From Trypanosoma brucei (Eukaryota), in NCBI GenBank assembly GCA_000002445.1, contig CP000066.1, positions 640,001 to 704,000 on the forward strand: a DNA stretch of 64,000 nt, read 5' to 3'. Below are positions 30,204 through 40,754 of the stretch, piece after piece (position 1 is the stretch's first letter; each line of letters opens with the position of its first letter). Position numbers and translations under genes: made by a program. The notes under the pieces are model-generated. The model saw only the letters and a list, made by a program, of their open reading frames with translations, was not told where the DNA came from and did not search any database.

Positions 30204-32552
30204 TCACAGTGCAGCTGCCTGTTGCTGTTTCATGCACTTTACAACCGAGGCAAATCTGGAAAAAACCATCGACAGCTTCACAACCCTCCTTCGTTTCCCT
30301 TGTGAACGGTTGTTTGTATCCTTCGCTGCACCGTCGCTTTCATGCCGGTTATCATTCCATCGCACCTCCAACTGTAACCGTTCGGTCTCCACAGCAGCAG
30401 CAACCCGAGGGGCGAGTTGAATAACCTCTTGGGGCATCGTAAATGTGTTCGCTGCTAAGAGCTCACGCCCTACCAAGAGGTCAACAAGGGCAACTGCGCG
30501 CCGTTGCCAGAGGGGCACAACATTAACTGTTTTTACACCATCACTAGTGGCAGTGTCATGTGCCTTAACACGCCGAGCGCCCACCAGCCTCGTAAAGACG
30601 TAGGCAACCTCAACAACAAATGGGTGCTCATTTTCTCGCGGTATTTGAAGCAGGGCAGAAAGTAATTTCTCCACAAGTCCCGGGCGCTCCATCAGAAACC
30701 TAAGTGACTTCACGCCAGCATGCGCATCATTTAACAATGCCTCATACAGAGCTGTGGCTTGAGCATCCAATGCGCTGCACCGCGCAGCTTGCCCTTGGCA
30801 ACGACAATATTCCATTGTTATAGATACGATGTGATTGAGGCTCTCAAGAAACACCGGGAGTGTTCCGATGTCAATGAAACTAGTGGTAAAGTGGCCGACC
30901 TGCTTCGCAGATGTGGCAGAACGTTCCGCAGCGGGTAGCCCCTCAGCAACTCCCAGTGGCTCCGAAGAGCAGGTCCGAGTGGAGAACAACTGCAACTCAT
31001 CATCATCATCATCATCATACCCACCGCTTTCTGCGGTATCCATTGCGCCAGCATCAGTGCCGGGGCAGTCTAGCTCCGCTGTCACTACCCCTGAGGCTAC
31101 CAGAGAGGCGCTATCCAGTTTGTGGTGCCGTTTTTTTAATGATGTTGACTGAGTGTCGTAGCGGCAGCCGCGTTTCCGCATTGCATTGAGCAGCGTCTGC
31201 AAGAGTAACTCAGTTGTTTCTACCGCGCACACCTTCACCTCACGACGTCCTAAAAATAGTACAACACCGAGGAATTGGCCGGGAAATGCCTTGATGGCCT
31301 CATGTAGCTGTGGAAGGAGCACCTCCGCACAATCATCTCGAAACCATTTGATCTTGGCCAGAGCCAACGTGAGGAAGAAAAATGTCGCTGGAGAGCCCTG
31401 CCGCGTGATGTGGAGAGAGCCATCCCTTATGCCGCGAACAAGCCCCCCTACTACCGTTTCATAAAGGGACACGTTTAGAATGGGGTGCTTGAGGTTCTCC
31501 ACTGCCACTGTTACAGTATTGATAGAGGAAACACCAGGGGAAGTTGTGTACCGATTCATCAGCGGCACTTCCGCCTTCAGCAACCTCATAAACCGGATCT
31601 GGCAACGCGATATGGCGTCCAGTAACACAGCATAGCTACTCACGCCGAACAACTCTCCTGCGTTCGAGCCAGGGGCGGAAGCACGCAAAGATAAATGAGA
31701 GGGACCCTGAAATGCGTTATTGTTTAGGTGAACCCTAATATTATCACATAAGGTTTCCAGCACGGCATCAGCGTGGAATAACTTTTGCTGAACGATAAGG
31801 TGAAGAAACGTCGCACTGCTAGATGGGCTAAAGCAAGCCACGCGGACCGTTAACCACTGAAGCAGTAGATGACTAAGCTCTGAGACCCACACTTCTCCCA
31901 CCGTATCGTCCATACAAGCAGCGACGACGGAGGTGTGCTGAATACTGTCCAAATTGATCTTCGCCAAAGTCCGCAGTACACACTCCAATAAGTAGTCACT
32001 TCGAAAGAGCGGCAATGAGCCTGTGGGTGCGGGAATATGACCACCCACACCCGTCCCCCCGCGGGCTTCTGGAACGGAAATTACAAAGGATGAAGGAGGA
32101 GCATCACGCAAGCGTCGCCATACCTCCACAAGGCACTGTACCATGTGTCCATGATGCATTCCTTTACATTCTGCCTCCATCCGGGTGGCAAGCTGTGGCC
32201 CAGAGAGTTCCCAAAGGGAGTGACGGTACATGGTTGAAAAGGTAACAACGTTGCCATTCGTCTGCAACCCGCCTCCTCCGGTTGAGTTTTTGCGCACCTG
32301 AGGATCCGGCTCTGTGGCGTGTTTTCTTCCAGCTGCGTCCTGTTCGTGACGACGGACGTCGGGATACGCGGCGTCATATGCCGCTCCATCTGCTGGAGGT
32401 GGCGGTTTCGGCGCTCCATCGGTTTCACTTAGCTCAGCGAACGCCTTTGCCAACTGCGATAGCGATAGCGGACGCAAAGAAACCGTTACGAGTGGTGCCG
32501 CGGCACGAGTGAGCACCATACCAGTAACCCGTGGGGAGCTAAACACCCGCAT
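30204..32552 (-). CDS. 782-aa hypothetical protein, probably alpha-helical with a poly-Asp stretch. No recognisable catalytic motif
   Basis: Track start at 32594 is TTG. First in-frame ATG is at 32552 ('cat' at 32550-32552). Long uninterrupted ORF in the sense orientation of the unit. Confidence 0.5.
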   Translation of the reverse strand: MRVFSSPRVTGMVLTRAAAPLVTVSLRPLSLSQLAKAFAELSETDGAPKPPPPADGAAYDAAYPDVRRHEQDAAGRKHATEPDPQVRKNSTGGGGLQTNGNVVTFSTMYRHSLWELSGPQLATRMEAECKGMHHGHMVQCLVEVWRRLRDAPPSSFVISVPEARGGTGVGGHIPAPTGSLPLFRSDYLLECVLRTLAKINLDSIQHTSVVAACMDDTVGEVWVSELSHLLLQWLTVRVACFSPSSSATFLHLIVQQKLFHADAVLETLCDNIRVHLNNNAFQGPSHLSLRASAPGSNAGELFGVSSYAVLLDAISRCQIRFMRLLKAEVPLMNRYTTSPGVSSINTVTVAVENLKHPILNVSLYETVVGGLVRGIRDGSLHITRQGSPATFFFLTLALAKIKWFRDDCAEVLLPQLHEAIKAFPGQFLGVVLFLGRREVKVCAVETTELLLQTLLNAMRKRGCRYDTQSTSLKKRHHKLDSASLVASGVVTAELDCPGTDAGAMDTAESGGYDDDDDDELQLFSTRTCSSEPLGVAEGLPAAERSATSAKQVGHFTTSFIDIGTLPVFLESLNHIVSITMEYCRCQGQAARCSALDAQATALYEALLNDAHAGVKSLRFLMERPGLVEKLLSALLQIPRENEHPFVVEVAYVFTRLVGARRVKAHDTATSDGVKTVNVVPLWQRRAVALVDLLVGRELLAANTFTMPQEVIQLAPRVAAAVETERLQLEVRWNDNRHESDGAAKDTNNRSQGKRRRVVKLSMVFSRFASVVKCMKQQQAAAL

Positions 32553-32611
32553 GCTGTCACCAACAGCTCCTTCTTCCCCGGCCCCTTCTACCAATAACTG
32601 TTAAGGTAACG

Positions 32612-32690
32612 AAACAACAACGACAACAACAGCAACAGCAACAGCAACGTGAGACAAACAAAAACAAACAAACAAACACAAAAACACAGT
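32612..32690. repeat. (CAA/CAG/CAAA)n low-complexity trinucleotide/tetranucleotide tract upstream of the 782-aa gene
   Basis: Direct read: caacaacgacaacaacagcaacagcaacagcaacg...caaacaaacaaacaaaca. Confidence 0.7.
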
Positions 32691-33015
32691 TAAAATAGCT
32701 TCCATACACACATTCACTCAACGCCAGAGGGCGGCAAGACACGTTAGATGCAACGAAGCAAACACAGCCAGTGCACAAAGAAAGAATGGTGGATAATAAC
32801 ACAAAGGAATTAAAGGTGAGCCAACTAGCACGACAGCGTGTCCACACCTTTCCATTTTGTGCTGTACACTGAATGATCACATCAAGAAGCGGGGGTAAAC
32901 TCCTGTCACCGCAGCATAAACCCAAACTGAAGTCGGACTGCAGGAGAGGACAGCCCGGAGACTCTCTACACAACCACCGTTATCGCTGCCTGTATACGTA
33001 TGGGTCCTGCACGGC

Positions 33016-34149
33016 CTACAAAACCTCTTCGTCCCCCAGTGGTGGGAAGCACACCAGTAATCGAACGTTGTCAACCCGCTCAACATTTGTTGGCTGCGCC
33101 GTCACCATACGCGGGCAAGGAATGCTGCCTGTTAACATTTTTTCTAAGTTAGCAATAAGCTGGCCGCTGTAACCTACTGGTCCGCCACTGACCGGGTCAT
33201 TTGAGTTAGCCCCCGCACCGGAAGCATCCCCCAAACCACTAGAATTAGTCCTAGTCAAGCCACGAACCAAACCATGCCCGCCCCGTGGACTTCCGAGGCC
33301 CCCAAAGGATTGCGTGTTGGGACCCCTGGCGGAACTATTACCAGCGCCGCCGCTGCTCGCGGTGGCTCGATACGGAAAGAGTATATCTCTACCAACGAGT
33401 GTCATGGCACTATCGCTTATACCCACGAAGGTTGACGTGACCTCTGAGGGGTACTTTTTCTGTACATGAGTAAAAACCATCTGACCCAAACGGTAAGGTC
33501 TGCTTTTGTGCGGCTCACCGCCAAGAGACTTGCGGGACGCCACAATATCCAAAATGAGACGGCAGCGCGGTGCATTGTGAGGAGGGTGCCACTGCTTCAA
33601 TAAGTTGGCCATAATCTCCTCATCCTCTTCATGCCGATCGCGGGCTGGCGACCGCTGCGACACATATGGGAGTGACGCCCTTCTCCCCCGCGATCCAACA
33701 TTCGTGATGGGAGTGCGATGATGTTTTGATCGCCCAATAACACTCTGTGACAAGGATGGCGTCTCTGAAGGATTGGAGGTCCGCGAGGCAACCCGCCAAC
33801 TGGTTTCCTTCCGCAAGAAAGTAGTAAGAAGTGTACTACTCAGCGGCGCTGAGGGAAGCATCAAAAGTTCCCTCACCGCGTGGACGCGTTGCGTCTGTGC
33901 GGGCAACTTCTCCCAGTAATCAACTGCAGCATTAAAGGCAATTCTGGCTGTCTCCACCATGGTATCCACAAGCTCGAACACCCCGAGCATCGCTTCTTCT
34001 ATTGTGTAGTCCCACTTGAACTCAAAGTTTGCGTACACACAAAAAAAGTTCAAGGGATCACACGCCAGACGGTCACGGAAGTGAGGAAAAATTGTTATAT
34101 TGTGCCTTTGCTTCGCCTCCTTCAAGGGGCCGGCTGTGGTGATGGACAT
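33016..34149 (-). CDS. 377-aa hypothetical protein
   Basis: Track start at 34158 is GTG. First ATG is at 34149. ORF lies on the unit strand. Confidence 0.45.
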   Translation of the reverse strand: MSITTAGPLKEAKQRHNITIFPHFRDRLACDPLNFFCVYANFEFKWDYTIEEAMLGVFELVDTMVETARIAFNAAVDYWEKLPAQTQRVHAVRELLMLPSAPLSSTLLTTFLRKETSWRVASRTSNPSETPSLSQSVIGRSKHHRTPITNVGSRGRRASLPYVSQRSPARDRHEEDEEIMANLLKQWHPPHNAPRCRLILDIVASRKSLGGEPHKSRPYRLGQMVFTHVQKKYPSEVTSTFVGISDSAMTLVGRDILFPYRATASSGGAGNSSARGPNTQSFGGLGSPRGGHGLVRGLTRTNSSGLGDASGAGANSNDPVSGGPVGYSGQLIANLEKMLTGSIPCPRMVTAQPTNVERVDNVRLLVCFPPLGDEEVL

Positions 34150-34714
34150 CCGGATCACACCACGAACTGCGACCTGTAAATAGAGGGAAAGGAAACAGTA
34201 GGGGGAAATAATGGGGGAAATAATGGGGGAAAGGAATATTTGAGTTGAATGGGGAGGGCACCGTGGGTTTTATACAGAAGAGAGTCAACATAGCAGAAGC
34301 CCGTGACGGAGATGGTCGAAACATTTTGTAAATAATAAGTGTAAAACCAAGAGAAGGCAAAAAATAATAATAATAATAATGTAAAATGAAGCTTCGATCA
34401 ACGGAAACCGTAACTGCCACAATTACAAAGCACCGATAACCTTTATGACTAAAAGAAAAAACGAAAAAAAATATCTTACCTCCCGAATCGCACAATCGTC
34501 TCGAAACTGCATGCCGGCAACACAAAAAGTTTTCAACAACTTTTCGTTGGTGTGAACAGCGTATGAAACAATTCCCCTCACCGGTAAAATCACACATTTC
34601 ATCTTCCTCCGTTTTCGCTTCTTAATTCCCTTCACGTCTCATGATAACGATAGCAGCAACAACGCAACAGTCGTATAGCGTCCAACAATATTCATCTGTT
34701 AAGTTAACACGACA

Positions 34715-34936
34715 CTAAAAACTCCGGACACTCCCTCGGAGACGCTCGACTTCCTCTTCCGAAAATCCCTCATGGAGCAGGCATTTGTAGAATGCCCCAA
34801 TTTCCTTTTGGCAGGCTTCTACACCCTTTAGAAGAGTGCATTCATCACGCGCCTGACGTTCCGCTGGGCACGCGCAGCATATCTTACAAGCCGGTTTTTT
34901 ACCCTTTCCGGTGGCAGCAACTTCGTCACTCGACAT
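34715..34936 (-). CDS. COX17: 73-aa COX17-type mitochondrial copper chaperone
   Basis: ATG at 34936 ('cat' at 34934-34936). Sequence MSSDEVAATGKGKKPACKICCACPAERQARDECTLLKGVEACQKEIGAFYKCLL carries the hallmark K-P-C-C-A-C-P-E-x-(K/R)-x-R-D-x-C copper-binding motif and twin Cx9C-like cysteines. The ORF track shows it as a 102-aa TTG-initiated ORF. Confidence 0.8.
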   Translation of the reverse strand: MSSDEVAATGKGKKPACKICCACPAERQARDECTLLKGVEACQKEIGAFYKCLLHEGFSEEEVERLRGSVRSF

Positions 34937-35208
34937 AGTACGCCGAGAACGGGGTTGTGAATACAAACTGGTGAAAACAAAAGAAAAAAACACAGAATAA
35001 TAGAGAAGAGAGGAAGGAATCAAATAAAGGTATCAACGATAGGAGCAGTAGAAGCAAAAGCATTGCAAATGTAATTTAGACATATTTTTTTTCTTCACAC
35101 CTTAATGCTGACCAACCAGAATTATTTTTAGTGCCGCTATGCCCTCATATGTTTGCAAGGGAACTTTTAGCGAGTACATCAACAGGGGCGCACAACATAC
35201 GACAGGGA

Positions 35209-37398
35209 CTACTCAGAAGGGGTTTCACTTACGCTGTGTCGGTTACTTTTCTTATTTTGCTTGCGTCGCGCCCTCCGCCCCGCAGCAGTGTCCTCCACTA
35301 CCCGCCTCTCATCGTCACCGTCACCGTCTCCATCGCTGACCTTATCAACATCGTCCTTCATGCCAACGTTGGCAACGTTTGACCCATCGTGATGACCTCT
35401 GTGCTGCTTGGGCGCAAAATTCTTGTTCCGGAAGTGCGTAAAGTTCGAGCGATTGTTGGTTTTAACATTCTTTTTGGCCTCTTTTACCTTTCGCTTGCCT
35501 TCACCGTCGTCATCACTGTCACTTCCACAACCGTGCCCAGCAGTCTCGCGCTCCAACAACAGTTGTTCCCGCTCCCGTGCAGCTTCCAACAGAAGTTCGT
35601 CAAGATCACCTCCCGCCTTCCTCCCAATTGGGGCCTCAACTTTGGTGGCCGCCAATCTTGCAGTAGTCCCCGCGATTACGCAGCCACAAGGACAGGAGCA
35701 ATCATCAGCAGCAGTGCCCAACTTGGAGCCGCAACCGCCGCAGCTGACCGTTGCATTCAATCGGTGCACAACAACGCCACTATCTTCAACGCACCACTCG
35801 CCCTCTGCACCATCAACGACCCGAAGAAAGCAAACACTGTCGCACGAACCAACCGCCGGTTGGTGCTTACCCTTCAACGCACTTTTTCTCCCTGCCACTG
35901 CCTGGCGAACATTGAAATGGGCTCGGGCAGCATCTGGGGGGTGCGTAAGAAGAGCGCGTTCATGGAACAGCTTCCGCCTACATTTAAGACACAAGTAATA
36001 TCGCATAGACTCAGGTGAGGATTTCACTGCGTCAGACGATGTCTTAATGGAGGGATCAAAATGCACAGGGGGCTTTGGAGGCTTATCCGCAGCTTTTTCC
36101 CCCACCGCCTCCTCCGTTCTGGCGTCACACGGTTGTTGTGGCGACTGCTTGCCGCTAGGAGAGGACCCGAAAAATACGCGAAGAAAGTTGTCGCGCACGG
36201 TAGCGCAGAATTCCTGGTGCTCTGGTGACTCAGCCAACACATCTTTACTGATGGCGTTGTGCACCGCGAGGGCGACGTACTGATAGTTGGCCGGTTCGTT
36301 GTGCATCGTTCGTAAGTATTCATCAGGGATATTTTGTGGCGTGTTCCACGGTGAACCCGTGCCAATGAGTAACTGGGACAGCGATACGTAGTTGCGCAGG
36401 GAATGAACAAATGATGGTCGATAGATTCCCGGCGCATTACTGCTTGTGACACCTTCAGCAGTCGCTAATACATAAATAGGTGGTGTACCACGACCGATTG
36501 CCCCTGTTGTTGCTTCTGACGGAGCTTTGGGAACATGCTTTCTGACTAGTTCACGCATTGCTGAGGAACAGCTCAACGCGCCAACACCATTGTGAAGGAC
36601 AACAGCGGTGGGATTCTTCCTCGTGGCTCCGTGCTCTTTTCCGCAGCCGCCTTCATCCGCTTGATCCAACATGAGCTCAGCGATCAGCTCAGCAGCCCGG
36701 TCCACAGTGTGATTTCCGTCCGTCAGCATGTTTTCACTGTTTCCGTTCGCACCAATATCCTCGGGTGTTACCACGGCTCCGTCTCGCTCGTCTGGACAAA
36801 GGTGCAACACAATCGGTAACTGAAGTTCACCCGCTTTCCGCCACAGCTCCTTGAGTAACCATTCCTGCGCAAAGTGCGTGCCACTGTCTCGGGTAAGGCT
36901 GAACCCTGATAACAACCCAATTACCTCCTGGTGCCTCGTCCACGCTACAACGCCCTCCATCCATTTTTCCTGCTGCTGCTTGTGGGTACGATCCACACTA
37001 TTCACATGCACACCCACCAAACAGTAGAGTTTGCTGCAACCCTCCTCCCCATCCAACACAGATGCTGCAGCGTTGTGCTGCCTGCACAATTCAATGAGCG
37101 CATCCTGCTGCTCAAAATTACCGCACCACGTGAGCGCAGCTCCAACTCCACCCTCCCTTGCTGCCCTCACCAGCAGTTCGCTGTATCCCGTACCGAACTT
37201 GCGGGAGAGAATGGCAACTGAGGCATCTACATGTTGCACATGATCCCTGAAGGTTGGTGGTACTGGAGCCACACGTGCGAGTGGTTGTTGCTTCACGGAG
37301 GAGGCCTTTCTGGCAGCAGGGGCGCCAGGGTTCTTCTTGGAGTGCCGTAGGCTCGACCCCTTCGCTTCACGACCGCCACCACGGTCGACAAATCCCAT
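35209..37398 (-). CDS. 729-aa protein with a TatD-like (amidohydrolase-fold) domain and a Cys-rich, zinc-finger-like C-terminal half
   Basis: ATG confirmed at 37396-37398. TatD-like landmarks: CLVGVHVNS (cf. GCHP), QLPIVLHLCPDE (cf. LPMFLHCR), IGTGSPWNTP (cf. IETDAPW, with the Asp/Glu metal ligands replaced by Gly). C-terminal clusters CLKCRRKLFHE and CGGCGSK..CSCPCGC. Confidence 0.4.
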   Translation of the reverse strand: MGFVDRGGGREAKGSSLRHSKKNPGAPAARKASSVKQQPLARVAPVPPTFRDHVQHVDASVAILSRKFGTGYSELLVRAAREGGVGAALTWCGNFEQQDALIELCRQHNAAASVLDGEEGCSKLYCLVGVHVNSVDRTHKQQQEKWMEGVVAWTRHQEVIGLLSGFSLTRDSGTHFAQEWLLKELWRKAGELQLPIVLHLCPDERDGAVVTPEDIGANGNSENMLTDGNHTVDRAAELIAELMLDQADEGGCGKEHGATRKNPTAVVLHNGVGALSCSSAMRELVRKHVPKAPSEATTGAIGRGTPPIYVLATAEGVTSSNAPGIYRPSFVHSLRNYVSLSQLLIGTGSPWNTPQNIPDEYLRTMHNEPANYQYVALAVHNAISKDVLAESPEHQEFCATVRDNFLRVFFGSSPSGKQSPQQPCDARTEEAVGEKAADKPPKPPVHFDPSIKTSSDAVKSSPESMRYYLCLKCRRKLFHERALLTHPPDAARAHFNVRQAVAGRKSALKGKHQPAVGSCDSVCFLRVVDGAEGEWCVEDSGVVVHRLNATVSCGGCGSKLGTAADDCSCPCGCVIAGTTARLAATKVEAPIGRKAGGDLDELLLEAAREREQLLLERETAGHGCGSDSDDDGEGKRKVKEAKKNVKTNNRSNFTHFRNKNFAPKQHRGHHDGSNVANVGMKDDVDKVSDGDGDGDDERRVVEDTAAGRRARRKQNKKSNRHSVSETPSE

Positions 37399-37839
37399 TT
37401 ACTAGTACCGTGAGCGTTGCGCAAAATACAACACATAATGTACGTATGTGCACGCACATAAGTGAACAGAGAACAGCGGAAAGTGTGGAAATAAGGATGA
37501 ACACGATTATGAGAAAGCAAAAAGAGGGTTTTATTACAAGCAGTGAAGGATAAAGGGAGAAAGTAACGCCGACTCATTGTACAATGAACCCTCTGCCCCT
37601 TTCCCGCATGTACAGCTCGGCGGTGGCGTTTACCGAACGCCACTGCCAACAATACGAAAAGGCAGAGGGTGTGCGTGTGTGCATTCTGGGAATGAGAAAC
37701 CCTGCAAAAAGGTACACCTTTCCTCCACAGGAATACTTGGCACCGGTTCCCTTGCTGTACTCTAAACTCCTTTCACCTTCTTAAATAGCCCTCTCCTCCA
37801 TCAACCCTCACATTATCTGCCTTCTTGCACCCATTATTT

Positions 37840-38649
37840 TTATTTCTGCACTGTGGGCGTCCCGTCTTCGGATCTTCCATCTTCAAGCACCTCCTTCGCC
37901 ATACCAAGCTCATCTAACACATATTGATTGAACCCATTACCTGCTATATTAGGAAGGAATCCTTCGAACACGCCGCGATCTACCTCGCCGCACACAAACG
38001 CCACCGCCTCAATCTGGTTTTGTTTACGGAAGTCAAATATATGATTTGCATCGGCCTCCATTTGCATTGGCACAGGAATGAAGCGCTCCACCCTGAAAAA
38101 CTCCACCGGCGGACACCACGCGCCGCTGTCGCGAGACCCCGCGGCCCCACTAACTTCCTCCCTCCCATCATTAGCGGTGCCAGACGTCTTCCACTCCGGT
38201 TCCGTTGAGGTTGCTGATTCCCTTGTCCCTCCGCTACCGGCCACGAGAGGTTCCCATTCACTGCTCAGCTGCACCGAAAATATACGTATGAGTACTGGCG
38301 TGCCAACCTTCAGCGCTGCTGGCAGAATTGTGTTGCGAAACACGCGGGGGTCAACACTTGAGGCATCCACAAGCACGGCCAGGCGTCGCCGCGGATCACC
38401 GAGATCAGTTGCTGGGGGCGGATAGCGATCCTTCACGGGCCCGCCTCCACCGGCACCGCCGCCGAAACCACTGCGACGTTTTGTTGTTGTATTCGTCCCT
38501 TCGGCTCCGCTCCTCACGGCAGCACCCGCTGCGCTGCTGGAAAAAGCGACAGTTTGGAAAGTCACTTGCGGGATGGATACCGGTGGTTTGAGCCGCAGGT
38601 CGGCACATCTGACACGTGCGCATGTCGATCTAAAAAAGAGTCTCTGCAT
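37840..38649 (-). CDS. 269-aa hypothetical protein with a Gly-rich region (GFGGGAGGGG)
   Basis: Track start at 38697 is TTG. First ATG at 38649. A stretch LAVLVDASSVDPRVF gives a weak PIN/NYN-like hint only. Confidence 0.35.
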   Translation of the reverse strand: MQRLFFRSTCARVRCADLRLKPPVSIPQVTFQTVAFSSSAAGAAVRSGAEGTNTTTKRRSGFGGGAGGGGPVKDRYPPPATDLGDPRRRLAVLVDASSVDPRVFRNTILPAALKVGTPVLIRIFSVQLSSEWEPLVAGSGGTRESATSTEPEWKTSGTANDGREEVSGAAGSRDSGAWCPPVEFFRVERFIPVPMQMEADANHIFDFRKQNQIEAVAFVCGEVDRGVFEGFLPNIAGNGFNQYVLDELGMAKEVLEDGRSEDGTPTVQK

Positions 38650-39158
38650 GAAATCACTCACGTGGATCTCCGCCGTTGGGCTAATGAAGTTATTCAAGTC
38701 CCTGTGTTCAAGCGAGTTCTAAATAAGACGTGAAAAAAAAAAAAGAAAACCGGAAGGTTGCGCGACGAATATTAGGAAGGAAGTCGGACCGATATTGTTT
38801 GTGTTGAAGGTTAGCGAGAGATACGCCCATTTATTTTTATTTATTTATACGCGCGGCCTCATATCTATGTGGAGTAAAACAGAATATCCGCTACCATTCG
38901 TATTTCCAACTTAAATCACCCCTCACCGTGTGCATGTTCCCTACGAAAAGCGGCCGCTAGAAAAGACCCTCAGTTGGCGTCATCATCAGGGCTCTCCAGG
39001 GAACCACCGCGCATAAGGTTTCACAAACGGAGAGTAATCAATCATATAAGAACAACGAGAGCTGCATAAGGTTGGTTGCTTTGCAGCGGTGGCACGGCTG
39101 CGAATTAATATTTCAATTCTCTTCGCTTCGCTTCAGGGAGTGTTGCGAGGCTCATGCA

Positions 39159-40754
39159 TCAACTCCGAAGGGATGTGTCAACTACCAGTACTATGGCCCG
39201 GTCACACATGCCGTAGAATGAAAGGCTCTGCAGCTCATTATCCAGTTGTGTCGGTGCCTCTACCACTCCAGCATCACCTGACACGAAGGACAAATGCTGA
39301 TGGGACGGAGCCACGCTATACACTGCACGCACAAGGGCCTTCAACTTCCCAACTGACATTGAGCTTGGCACTCTCTTGTGTGTGTCCTCGAAACCGTCGC
39401 ATCGGAGGACTATGTTCAGCATCATGTGCATGGTACCATCGTGACTTGCCGTCTCACCTTCGCGGTAGATCACTGTGATAACATCCTTATGCTTCTCTCG
39501 CAGAACATCGAGTAGGGGATATCGCAATGTTTCTTGAGTGACTTTACTCTGACTCCCATCTTGTGCCTCTCCCACCTGCTGTTTTTGCTCTGCAGCCATG
39601 CCTCGCTGGATGTAAAATATCTCTGAGTCCATCCGTTCCTTTGCCCGTACTTGACCTCTGTTCAACGTTGTGATACTCGGGAGCGATGCAACAACGTACA
39701 TGCGGCCGAGTGTCTCATTCCATTGCGGGAATATAGCACTATACGTGATGCGGAATGTGGTTAAGTGGGGACAGAGGTATCGCACCGCATCCAGTGTGCA
39801 TGCATCTGTGATGGTTGGATTCTCATTCAAGCACAGGAGCTCAAGTGGTTGCAGATACGCGTAATCCACGAGGGATCCGTCGCTGGTGTCCCCATCACCA
39901 CGTTTATTACCGCCTCCGTGAGGTACGATGGAAGCACAGGCACGTGTAATGCTGAGATTCGGCATCCGATTACTGGTCAGAAATAACCGTTTCAGGCCGG
40001 GAAACGCTGTGCCTATCGATTCCTGCAAGCCGCTCTCTAAACCCCACGACGACAATTCGTTCTGCGCAAGGCTAAGTGTATTAACCGCGGGAAACCAACC
40101 ACTCTTTATATCATTACCACTGTTGTTATCATTCTTGTTAGCTTCGTGAAGGATGCGATGAGCAGTTTTTTCCTCGTTGTCATCCACAAAGAGGGCAAGT
40201 CGTTTGATGCTGTTGTTGTCTAAGTGCAACTCCTCAAGCAGGGGTAGTTGTACAACGGCCCGTAGTTGCCATATGGATTGCACGCCAACATGATTTAGCA
40301 CCAGCTTTCTCAGGTGTGGCGCCACAAGAAGCGACTCAAAGGGAGAAGCAGAAATCTCTGCAGTCCCCACAGGAAACAACTCGGGGCTATGGGAAAGCTG
40401 AAGGACTTTCAGGGCCGGGAGATGTTGAGCCATGCGCCCCACTTCCCTTATAGTTAGCTGAAAGTTCTCCGACAGATCGACCTCCTCCAATCGGTGCAAA
40501 GCCGCTTGGGCAAGTTCACCAGTCGTACTCTCCGCAACGGTAATGTTCATGCCGCGCAGCACAACATGCACAAGTTTTGAGTGATCCGCCTGCTTCTGTC
40601 GAGTTTTCTCCATCCCAACAAGCTCCCACTTCTTGTTGCGTCGACGCGAGGCCTCACCTACGAGGAAAGATTCGGCGCTGTACGCCGCACTGTCATCGGG
40701 CGCACCATACCGCTCGCGCACGGCGTCCATGAAACTGACTTCCGGACTCGCCAT
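39159..40754 (-). CDS. 531-aa tubulin-folding-cofactor-E-like protein: leucine-rich repeats plus a C-terminal ubiquitin-like domain. No CAP-Gly motif is seen
   Basis: Track start at 40823 is GTG. ATG at 40754 gives MASPEVSF.... Leucine-rich-repeat segments (LEELHLDNNSIKRL, LKRLFLTSNRM, LELLCLNENP). C-terminal beta-grasp-like tail ...MSVGKLKALVRAVYSV...LSFYGMCDRAIVLVVD. Confidence 0.5.
   Translation of the reverse strand: MASPEVSFMDAVRERYGAPDDSAAYSAESFLVGEASRRRNKKWELVGMEKTRQKQADHSKLVHVVLRGMNITVAESTTGELAQAALHRLEEVDLSENFQLTIREVGRMAQHLPALKVLQLSHSPELFPVGTAEISASPFESLLVAPHLRKLVLNHVGVQSIWQLRAVVQLPLLEELHLDNNSIKRLALFVDDNEEKTAHRILHEANKNDNNSGNDIKSGWFPAVNTLSLAQNELSSWGLESGLQESIGTAFPGLKRLFLTSNRMPNLSITRACASIVPHGGGNKRGDGDTSDGSLVDYAYLQPLELLCLNENPTITDACTLDAVRYLCPHLTTFRITYSAIFPQWNETLGRMYVVASLPSITTLNRGQVRAKERMDSEIFYIQRGMAAEQKQQVGEAQDGSQSKVTQETLRYPLLDVLREKHKDVITVIYREGETASHDGTMHMMLNIVLRCDGFEDTHKRVPSSMSVGKLKALVRAVYSVAPSHQHLSFVSGDAGVVEAPTQLDNELQSLSFYGMCDRAIVLVVDTSLRS

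Noticed and set aside
34073-34597. Minus-strand 174-aa ORF between the 377-aa gene and COX17
   Set aside because: It overlaps the 3' end of the upstream gene's reading region. Its composition is poly-Tyr/Phe from an (ATA)n/pyrimidine tract. More likely intergenic sequence.
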